From assembly GCA_043228905.1 (NCBI GenBank), contig JBHGNT010000014.1:18662001-18726000 (forward strand): a stretch of DNA of 64,000 bases, given 5' to 3'. The stretch comes from Azolla caroliniana (lineage: Eukaryota; Plantae; Polypodiophyta). Below are positions 36,614-47,371 of this stretch, piece after piece. The notes under the pieces are model-generated. The model had not been told where the DNA came from. It did not search any database and saw only the letters and a program-made list of their open reading frames with translations. The position numbers were made by a program, and so were the translations under genes. Numbering within the stretch: the first letter of the stretch is position 1; each line of letters opens with the position of its first letter.

Positions 36614-37076
36614 GGGAAAAGTACCAGGATACCCCTGGAAGTTCGTCTATTTACCAAAATGCCCCTGGAAGTTCCAAATTTACCAAACTACCCCTATGTC
36701 CAAAAAATTACACTTTATAAAGTAATTATACACTCAAATCTATAAGCCCTATTTACCAAATATGGAAGAAATGGACCCGAACTAGCCCTATTTACCAAAT
36801 ATTTGAGTGTATAATTACTTTATAAAGTGTAATTTTTTAGACATAGGGGTAGTTTGGAATTTCCAAGGGCATTCTGGTAAATAGACTAACTTCCAAGGGA
36901 TACAAGTGTAATTTTTTAGACATAGGGGTAGTTTGGAATTTCCAGGGGCATTCTGGTAAATAGACTAACTTCCAAGGGTATCCTAGTGTAATTTTTTAGA
37001 CATAGGGGTAGTTTGGAATTTCCAGGGGCATTCTGGTAAATAGACTAACTTCCAAGGGTATCCTGGTACTTATCTC
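36614..37076. mobile_element. Mutator-like MITE with long TIRs and 9-bp TSD; right arm triplicated
   Basis: Termini GGGAAAAGTACC / GGTACTTATCTC. Identical flanking 9-mer TATACTATT at 36605-36613 and 37077-37085. A 79-80-bp unit occurs x3 at 36826, 36905 and 36985. Confidence 0.9.
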
Positions 37077-37174
37077 TATACTATTTAACCCCCTTATGGG
37101 GAATGAATGAAATATGAAAGATTTCTCTCTCTAATCTCACTTTCTCTCTTCCTCCCTCACATAGAATGGTTCCA

Positions 37175-37285
37175 CCCCCCACCCCGCAACAATTAGCAAC
37201 ATTTGTTGCCATCAATCCCGCAATGCTTATCAAGATTCGAACCCACAACTTCTTGGTCTATGTGTTAAACCTTTAACCATTATAA
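37175..37285 (-). mobile_element. tRNA-derived SINE head (degenerate)
   Basis: The minus strand reads TAATGGTTAAAG (A-box-like) ... GGTTCGAATC (B-box) with tRNA spacing, but has no intact acceptor stem. Confidence 0.5.
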
Positions 37286-37329
37286 TAACATACATTATGT
37301 ATAACTAAAATAATTATATTATTAGTTAT

Positions 37330-37513
37330 TGCAAGATATTTAGAGTATTCTAGATCATTCTAGAATACTCTATAAGGATCTATAAATAGGTGTCTATTCA
37401 TTCATCAAAACTCATTCAGTTCAACACCAGTCTTCACCTCTTAGCCTACTCTTTGTAACCCTTGTTCTCTTATAATATAAACTCCTTCTCATTTTTCTCT
37501 CTCTCTCTCTTTT
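37330..37513 (+). mobile_element. Probable left part (U3-R-U5) of the chromovirus 5' LTR
   Basis: TTCTAGA repeats, TATAAATA at 37381 and a pyrimidine-rich segment ending in (CT)n. The putative right part ends ..GTCACGACA at 42863, directly before the Gypsy internal region. Confidence 0.5.
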
Positions 37514-40500
37514 AGCATGCATTATGGGATGTCAGATGTGAATGTATATGGGGCACACCGAGTTGGGAAACATGGTGTTACTCGCTCCGGAGAAAGGCCT
37601 ATTGTATGCACAATGACAGATGATACAAAGCGACGGATCATACTCGAAAATAGTTGGGTATACCTCAAAGGTACACAATGCTTTGTGAGTGAAGATCATA
37701 CTATCTCACAACAAAATGCTCGTCGTAAAGCATATGAAGAAAGATTGAAAAACAAGGTTAAGGATGTGCCTAAAGATGGAAATGTAGGCAAATAGGGACA
37801 CGTGATCTATGAGACTAACCCACGCCTTTTACGACTATGCTTTTGGAATTGCAATGGATACCCATGGAATGCGAGATTTGGCATAGAGGAGTTCACCGAT
37901 GACTCGGATATCACACTTCTTGTTGAAACATGGGAGCATGATACTCAAAGGATTCAAGGTTTAGGAAACTATAATGTACACTCTTTGATATGGAAGAAAA
38001 ATCCAAGACAAAGAAGAGGACAAGGAGGGGTGGCATGTTTGATTAAGAAGGAAATAGAGAAATATGTGTCAATCATAAAAAATGATGAAAATAAATGCTA
38101 CATATGGCTCAAAATAGAAACACCTAATGATTTGCCCACTTTTGTAGTTGGATGTTACATTCCTCATCAAGATTCTAACTTTTATGCTTGTTTGGATAAA
38201 GATCAACCGTTTGTCAATCTAGAAGATGATATTGCTTATTTCAAATCCAAAGGGGAAGTTATTGTCTTTGGTGACATGAATGCTCGTACAAGAAGTTTCC
38301 AACTTGATTCACAAGAATCTTTCATGCCATATATCTCAAGGATGCAAGAGGATATGCAAATGTATAACCGCTCTTCTAGCGATGAAAAAGATCCAGACCA
38401 ATTTGGGAAGTTACTCCTACAAATGTGCAATAGTACCGGATTGCTTATTGCAAATGGTATTTCCTTATGGCCCAACACTAATGGTTTTACATGTAGAAAA
38501 CACAACGGAAATAGTGTGATTGACTATGTGCTACTTTTCGAAGGTATTTTGGATCATATACATAAATTCTCACTTGGTGAATGGACACCGGAATCCGATC
38601 ATAGGCCTTTATGTATTGATCTCAAATGTATGCATAGGTTTGGTTGTGAGAAGGCTATTGAAGATAATAAACAACCGCACTTGAGCATGAACCTTAAGCG
38701 AGCACCCATGTATTCCAAGATGGTTGAGGATATGTTACAAATGACAAAGATACAACATGGTCCCACACTGGAATGCAAATGGGAAGCTTTCAAGAAAGTC
38801 ATTCTCTCATGTACAAACAAATGTTTTTCGACCAACCGCACATCTTGGAAGTGCACCAAGAAACTTAGGAAAAAATGGTTTGATAAAGAATGTCGTGAAG
38901 CTCGAAAGTGCCTTATGGTTTTGGATGTAGTTAAGGATAAAGAGAATTATCAAAAGCATTTGCATGAGTATAAAAGGCTTATTCAAAGAAAGAGAAGAAT
39001 ATGGGAAGTTACTCAACAATTTATCCAAACGCAAGAGAAAGCACATGCATGTGCTAAATTTTGGGGAAATCTAAAGGGAAAACGTGTTGAGAGTTATGGT
39101 GACTTAACTCTTCACGACTTGTCTATGCATTGTAAGAATTTATATGAGTTATCTCTTGCCGGAAAGATGATGTGTTATGGTTCTCTTTCACATATGCCTC
39201 CCTTCTTTACAATTGAAGATATATGCATAGGACTTAAGAAATTGGCCTCTCGAAAGGCAAGCGATCTTCAATGTATAAAGGCTGAAATGCTCAAATGGAC
39301 GGGAAAGGAAGCACATATATGGATAAGTGATATGTTTAATGATGCATTGCAACATGGTATGCCGTACGATTGGACTACAAATTGGATCAAACCTTTACAT
39401 AAAGGTGGAGATATAAATAATGTAAACAACTATTGAACCATCATGGTTGGCTCATTAATGGCAAAACTATTTGGATGTATAATGGAATCAAAGATAAGTG
39501 TATGGGCTGAAAAAAGTGGTAAGAGAGCTTATGGACAACCTGGCTTTCGGAAACACCATAGCACCATTGATCACCTTATCACCCTTCGAGTATTAATGGA
39601 GGAAAGTCGCCTTAGAGGTAAAGGTTTATATTGTTGCTTTGTAGACTTCAAGAAAGCTTTTGATATGGTACCTCGTGAGCATCTTTGGAGGCGAATGGAA
39701 GAACTTGAGGTGCCAAGTGAATATATGCTTGCAATTTCCCGAATTTATGAGAAGGTTATATGTTGTGTGCGCATGAGAGATAAACTTTCAGATTTTTTCA
39801 AAAGCACTATTGGTGTTAAGCAAGGATGCCCACTCTCACCAACACTATTTGGTCTATGCATTGATGAATTGGAAGAAATGGTTACCAAGTTTGCAAAGGA
39901 AGAATGTGTTGAAGAAGTTGCCATTGGGAATGTTGTAATTATGCTTTTGTTATATGCAGATGATGTAGTGCTTTTTGCAAATACTTTAGGAGATGCACAA
40001 AAGTTTATGAAGGCATTGGAAAAAATTTGCATGCATACTAAATTAAGTGTCAATAGCTCTAAAACAAAGATTATGCTTGTGAAGAGCCAAAAAAGAGATA
40101 AACCATGCATTATGTACAACAATGAGCCACTTGAATGTGTGGAAAGCTTCAAATATCTTGGCCTTGAAGTTCCTTCAAATCATAGATGGAATGAATGTGT
40201 TACACGCCGCTTAGAGGCGGGCAAGCGAGCATAATATGCATTTGAGAACACATGCAATCTTGGAGATATTAAGTGTTGGGTCCTCAAGAAATATCTTTTT
40301 GACACTTTGGTGACACCGGTTCTTCTCTGTGGGGTGGAAGTATGGGGCGGTAGTATCCCTAAATCTATGTGGAAAGAGTTTGAAAATGTCCAAAAGCATT
40401 TTCTTACCAAGTTTCTACAAGTTAAGAAACACACGCCCTACACCCTCCTCCTCCTTGAGACGGGATCGCTTCCCATTGAGATCATGGCCATAGAAAGGGT

Positions 40501-41227
40501 TGTTGAATACATACTTAAGGTTCAAAAAAGCCCCTCACATCGACTTCCTAGAATTGCGTGGGAAGTAAGCAAAAAGATCCAAAAGATGCATAAAAGCAAA
40601 ATTTGTGTTCCGGTTGGATGCAAGATATAGAAAAATGGTTTGGTAGATGGGATGCGAGACACTTGCTTCATGATGCATCATTAGATTCCTCTGTAAATGA
40701 GGCATTTTTGTAATGCCAATGTATCATGACATGGGACAAATGTGGAGGCTCACGCTTCACACATTATACTACACATGTTGCACCTAACTACAAAACCATA
40801 TTCTTTGCGGAACGGGGAAATCGTATACATCCATACATGTTAGAGCCCATACCGTTATCTGCCATTCGAACCATTGCTTCCATGTGACTTAGCTCACATG
40901 CATTGCGATGTGAAATAGGGTGTTGGGGTACAAGTGATAAGAGTGGTCGGCTATGCACACTTTGCCCTAAACAAGTTCGCGAGTCTAAGTATCACACTTT
41001 GATACAATGCTCTGCCTTTGATCATATTCGACCATGCTTTCCACATCTCTTCGATCGAGCCCAATCTTTGCATGAATTCCTCTCACAACCACAATGTGCA
41101 CTCTCGATTGCAACATTCATTGGTAAAGTTCTTGAACATCGAGAGTCGCTACTCACTTTCACACGTATCACGTGAAATGTAATATTTTTGGTCTCATAGG
41201 TCATATTTGACCTCCGAAGACAATAAT

Positions 41228-41232
<5 letters not shown>
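37514..41232 (+). mobile_element. RTEX-like non-LTR retrotransposon, 5'-truncated, few disabling mutations
   Basis: ORF1 remnant 37517-37795 (HRVGK..RPIV..LKGT..VSED). ORF2 37802-41175: APE motifs FWNCNG, LLVETW, GQGGV, GDMNAR, VIDY, SDHRP; RT motifs WFDKEC, GFRKHHSTIDH, FVDFKKAFD, QGCPLSP, YADD, FKYLG; C-terminal (R)LSSH.LRCE.G..RLCTLC..HTLIQC. Stops at 39434 and 40232, plus a frameshift near 40600. The 3' end abuts (CT)n. Confidence 0.88.
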
Positions 41233-41281
<49 letters not shown>

Positions 41282-41285
<4 letters not shown>

Positions 41286-42637
41286 AAATCAATGTTTGTT
41301 ATTAAAACAAGATGATAATACAACCCTTGTTATCTTCACTACTTCATAAATAGTGATAGTGCAAGGGAAACCCTCTCAAGTGTTGTAGAACTAGATGACA
41401 TAAGTCTATCTCCTCTTGGGACAACGTCCCAATACAACATAGTTGTGGAAATTGCCAAATCAATTTCCCTTTCATCCTACGGAGTTGTTGCGTTACCCCA
41501 TGAAGTCCATCAAACAAGAACCCATTTCTCATGGTCCAATTAAACCACATCCCCCAATATCTAAGGTAATAAAAAACAACCTTATACGATGGTGTGGGAA
41601 TAACTTTATCCTTATCCATAAAAACCCATTTGTAAGGTGACGAAATATTTCCTGTTATCGACGCCCAAATTTGTGACATAATCACCCAAATGGCTTTAGC
41701 AACCGAACATCTAATGAACCTATGTCTGGCATATTCTTCAACCACCATACAGAAAAAACATGTCCCATTTGAAATATGTCTTCGTTTTAAGGTCATCGCC
41801 AAAGGCAACCCACCAACTATGGCACGCCAAAGAAACACCTTTGCATGAAATGGAAGATGAGACTACCACCCTACAACAAAAACTCTACACCACCACTGTA
41901 CATTTCGAGTAATGTGCCATGTATCCAAAACCTTATTTGTTAACCAAGCTCTATCTTCAACCAACTTATGGTACACATCATTAGTTTGCACCACATGAAT
42001 TGATTTCCCATTACCAAATGACCAATCTTTCCATGGTTCCTCGACCACCAACTCTAGAATTGGGAAAACTAATCTAGGCAATGCCAATATTGATTGTCGT
42101 ATGCATATCTACGTGGTATATGAAACTTATTTATGATTGTCCGAAATGCCATCGTTTTCCCACGTGACTCTAAAGTACCATCTTCCATAGTTACCAAGCC
42201 TAGCCTTGCCATTCGATTGAACTATGAATTTAGACTTTCTTTTCCATCCCAGTGTAATATCCTTGAAGTTGCCAACACCTCTGTTGCCAATGAATATATA
42301 TCTTTTCTGCACTCAAGAGGCCTCCAATTAAACAAATTCAAACACCGCAGCCAAGAAAGTGCCAATTGTTGAACCATAATAGATTCTGAACACTTAAATT
42401 GCCGGGTACTATTAACCACATACCACCAAGAAGATGTAATTCTCATTTTCCCAAAGTAAATACCAACCTTTTCCACAAAATAAGTAATTATTTCTACCCA
42501 AGGTTGGGTACCTATGCACATACCTTTCAAAAGATTAAATCTTCGAGCCACCATATGATCTTCTAAATTTAGTAAAGCAACACCCCCTAACCGTTTTGGG
42601 GTACAAATATTGTTCCATGATACCCAACTCATACCAA

Positions 42638-42641
<4 letters not shown>
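41282..42641 (-). mobile_element. 5'-truncated L1-type LINE flanked on both sides by (CT)n
   Basis: WVSWNNICTPKRLGGVALLNL, VFLWRAIVGGLP, CFFC..EEYARHRFIRC (zf-RVT), YLRYWGMW. (CT)n at 41233-41281 and 42643-42672. Confidence 0.88.
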
Positions 42642-42672
<31 letters not shown>

Positions 42673-42675
<3 letters not shown>

Positions 42676-42809
42676 GTAAAAACAAACAAATATATTAAAT
42701 GTGTGTGAAAAACACTACTTACAATACGTGTGACAATGGAGTATGGTCACACACTAACCACAATACACTACATGGGTAGTGGAACATGTTGAATTGCCAA
42801 TAGACAAGA

Positions 42810-42810
<1 letters not shown>
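42673..42810 (-). mobile_element. Very short L1 3'-end fragment between two (CT)n tracts
   Basis: Reverse complement matches 960-1075 (GTCTTG.CTATTGGCAATTC..CATGT.CCACTACCCATG). Confidence 0.65.
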
Positions 42811-42844
<34 letters not shown>

Positions 42845-42863
42845 CTGCTCTCAAGTCACGACA

Positions 42864-45800
42864 GTTTGAACCAAATCTTCTTTCTTCTTCTTATATTTCT
42901 TATTCAAGAAATCTGGTGAATTTCTCTCATAACTATGGAGACCATTAGCAAGCAAGAATATATGCGCGTATTGTCTGAGCTCGACATGCTAACAACTAAG
43001 TTCGTGGCATTGGAGAAAGAAAATCAATGACTACTTGGGGACCTACAACTAGTAAGGGTTGAGATAGTACGACAATATGAAGAGTTATCTCAACGGGTGC
43101 ATTAATTGGAGACTACTCTACTGCAATCACAAGGGCAAAAGTTCAAACCCCATTGAGAGAACCAAAGATTAGTCTTCCAGCCAAGTTTGATGGTACAAAC
43201 TCTCAGTTTCGTGGATTTTTAAATCATGTATGACTTGTGATTAAATTACATCCTAGTCGTTACCCAACTAATATTGCTCGTGTGAGACTGGTTGGTACCT
43301 TGTTAACCAGTATCGCATTAGCATGGTTCGCACCACTCTTGGAGAAGCACTAACTACTTTTAGAAGACTTTAACGGATTTATAAAGGAATTCGAAGCTAG
43401 CTTTGGAGACATTGATAGTATGAGGACAACAATAAACAAAATTCGAAGATTATAACAAGGAGATCGTCATGCTTTCACTTACATTGCAGATTTTCGCCTA
43501 TTGGCATGTGATATTCCATGGGATGAGGCGGCACTAATGGACCAATTTCGTCAAGGTCTGCGCAACGACGTGAAGGATTTACTTCTTACCTTCCCTGATG
43601 ATCAGAAATCTCTTACTGAAGCAATAAGTCGGGATGTGCACTGTGACAATCGCTTATTTGAGTGATGTTCTGAACTCCAACAAATGTTACGCTTCATATA
43701 AGAAAAAACATATGCTTCAGTGGTCGCAACTCCATCACAAGTGTCAAAGCTTAGTTTGATGGAGGCCCCACGCCTATGGAAATCGAGACAACAGGATGTC
43801 GACGACCATTATCAGATGTTGAAAAGCAACGACGTCGAGCGAATTGTCTATGCCTATATTGTGGTGGTCCAAGACATATAACTATGAATTGTCCACATAA
43901 ACCAAGACGACAAGTTAACCAAGTGCTTGTGACAACCCCATTTCAATTTTTGCCTCACCTTCTCGTAACCTAAGTAGGCCTAGTAGCCCTTATCATACAC
44001 ATACATTTCATGTCTTGAGCCAATTCGACGATGGGTTAAACAAGTAAGCTCGCCAAAATAGGAGCCATTTGGTTGGATAGTCCTAGGCATATAATGTCCA
44101 TCCCTAGTAGTGGTTCCATTGCATCAATTCAAGTTAGTCAAGTTTTCTTCACACAAGTTGAGCTTATCACATCTAGGTGCAATCGAGTCTCAACTTTTGC
44201 CCTCTTAGATTATGAAGCCAACTCTTGTTTCATGGATCATGACTTCGCTATAATGCATAGTATCAAGTTGCATAAGCTCCCAAATTCATTGTCTGTTGGA
44301 GTCATTGATGGACACCCCATACCATTAGGTGATATAGTTGAAGAGTCTAAACCAATTTGTGTCGTCCTAGGTAATTTGGTCAGTGTCATCTCATTCAACA
44401 TCATTAGCAATTCAGAACAACCCCCTACTTCTTGGTCTTCCATGGTTGGAGCTACATAACCCAACTTATTGATTGGAGAAAAAAAACTATTGAAAAGGTC
44501 ATGGTACAGTCCGAGCCTCTTAAAAATCCAACACGGGATCTAGGATTCCACAAGATTTCAACAAATGAATCTCTATACATCAATTACGTGAGGAATGAAG
44601 CAAGGAAGACATGTTTGTGTTCACGGTTTTAGCAACTCCCTCATCTAGCTCATAAGAATTGGGGATCCAAGTACCAAAGAAGTATACAAAATTCTCGGAT
44701 GTGTTCGATAAGGTGAAGGCCAATAGATTACCAGAGCATCGACCATATGATTGCCTGATTGATTTGCAACCAAGAAAAGAGCCTCCATGGGGGCCAATTT
44801 ATAACCTTTCCCACAGAGTTAGAGGTTCTTCGAGAATATATCGATGAGAACCTAGCAAATGGTTTTCTCCAACATTCAAGATCTCCTGCTAGTGCACACA
44901 TCTTTTTCGTTAAGAAGAACGCTTCATATGGTCGTGGATTATCGGGGATTGAATAAAGTGACTATTTGAAACCGATATGCTCTACCATTGGTCTCAAGCC
45001 TTTTGGAATGCCTCAGCAGAGCAAAACATTTCACGAAGTTAGATATTCAAGGTGCTTATTACCTTGTTTGAATTCGTCCTAGGGATGAATAGCAAAATGC
45101 TTTCTGCACTCGCTATGGCCATTTTGAGTATACAATGATGCCATTTGGTCTCACGAATGCACCAACACTTTTTCAACATATGGCGAATGACATTTTTCGA
45201 GACTTCCTCGATATCTTCATCAGAATTTACCTAGATGATATCTTGATCTACTCAAAAACTCAAGAGGAGCATGATATACACGTTCACCAAGCTTTGCCGC
45301 AGTTGTGAGAATATGGTCTCTATGCAAATTTGGAGAAGTGTAGTTTGAACAAGTGTCAAGTGGAATTTTTGGGTTACATAGTCTCTTCAAATGGCATCTC
45401 TATGGATCCATCAAAGGTTCAAACAATTTTGGATTAGCAAATACCACAATCTATGCAATATGTATAATGTTTTTTGGGGTTCACAAACTTTTATTGCAAG
45501 CTCATCAAAGTTTATTCAAAGATCGTATTGCCCCTCGCTCAATTGACACAAAAGAATCGACCATTTGCATGGAGTACAAATGCAAACTCTGCATTTGATG
45601 GTTTAAAGCAAACATTTACATCTGCGCCAATTTTGATGCATATTGATCCAATAAAGCGCTTTATACTCGAAGTTGATGCATCCAACTTCACACTAGGAAG
45701 CGTACTATCCTAGGTTGGCAATGATGGCCAACTGCACCTTTTGGGTTTTCACTCACGAAAATTTGAAGTTCCAGAAATCAATTATGAGATTCACGACAAA

Positions 45801-47371
45801 GAGCTTCTTGCCATTGTGGATTCTTTTCAACAATGGCATCATTTTTTGGAGGGTTCTACTTAGCTTATTATTGTCTACAATGATCACAAAAAATGTAACA
45901 TACTTCCAAAGTGCTCGAGTCTTGAGTCATCGACAAGCTTGTCGGGCGCAATTCTTAACTCGTTTTGATTTCGTAATTTTATTATCGCCCTAGGATGCAA
46001 CAAGGAAAAGCATATGCTTTATCTAGACGTTCATATATCGAACTTCAACCATGAGAGACCACATTTGAAAGTCAGAAGCAAATCCTCTTAGGTCCTGACC
46101 ATCTACAACTAATGGCAATTCATATTATAAACACACCTAGAGATTCAAGTCTTATTTATTCCATTTAGGAGCATATTGAGATTGATGAATTTGTCCAAGA
46201 GATTTTGAACCATATTATCCTAGATCGTGCTTCCTGCTCACAATCTCAAAATCCTCATCAAGACTACACCTAGTTTAGTTGGCATGATGGTTTACTTTTT
46301 CGACAAAATCTCTTGTATGTGCCCGACGGTCCTTCTTGACTCCAAGTCTTGCAACAATGTCATGACACACTAATGGTTGGACATTCCGACATCCACAAGA
46401 CTTTCGAGTTAATTTTTCGACAATATTGGTGGCCACGACTTCACCAATTTTTTACGGATTATGTTTGTAGTTGTGATACATGTTGCTGATAAAAAAAACC
46501 TCGATGTCATCCATATGGCTTATTACAACCAATGCCTATTCCTGAGAGTCTATGGAAATCTATTTCATTGGACTTCATTACGGATCTACCACCTTCCGAG
46601 GGTTTTAATTCTATTCTCACGGTAGTAGATCATTTTACGAAGATGGCACATTTTCTTCCATGCACGAAGGCCATTACTAGCCAAGGGACAACCGATTTAC
46701 TCACGCGGGAGGTGTTTCGGCATCATGGTCTTCCAGATGATATTATCAGTGATCGTGGTCCCAATTCATCTCAAAATTTTGGCGACACATGTTTCAAATT
46801 CTTACATACTTCTTGCAAATTCTAAACATTGGGTACCATCCTTGTTGGATGATGCTTGACCATCCCGAACTCCCGACAAACCCGACTGTTGAAGATCGAC
46901 TCACTTGACTCTAAGAAATTCAAGATATCCTTTCGCACCATTTATGTGATGCTCAAAACACTCAAAAGAAGGTTGTTGACAGTCACCGACTATGTTTCAA
47001 GTGGGAGATCAAGTATGGCTCTTACAAGGTAGCATTACAACTATCAAACCTTGTTGCAAACTAGATTATCAACGTTTTGGCCCATATGTGATCTTTGGTA
47101 AGATCAATGATGTGGCATTTCACCTTGATCTTCCTCCTCATAAGCACTTTCACCCGGTCTTCCATGTTTCATTTTGGGAGCCCTACACAAACAAGCTCTA
47201 TTCCGGCTCATCTTACATCTCCCCCACCTCCAGTCGAAGTTTCCGATGGTAGGCTCCAAGATCGTCCGCAACAAACTATATTATTTGGTTGACTGGTTAG
47301 GTTATACAACTACCGATCGAACATGGGAGCCCGTCGAGAATCTTGCTAATGCCTTCGACAAAAACCTATAA
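42864..47371 (+). mobile_element. Degenerate Ty3/Gypsy chromovirus (Tcn1-like): gag-PR-RT-RH-IN-chromodomain; no 3' LTR seen
   Basis: REPKISLPAKFDG, QFRQGLRNDVKD, PMEI, CLYCGG..H...[76 protein letters not shown] and YYLVDWLGYTTTDRTWEPVENL. Many stops and frameshifts. Confidence 0.92.

Noticed and set aside
37175-37285. Functional tRNA gene (also 50241-50300 and 50361-50418)
   Set aside because: A/B-box-like motifs are present, but no convincing acceptor or anticodon stems. Treated as SINE-like remnants.
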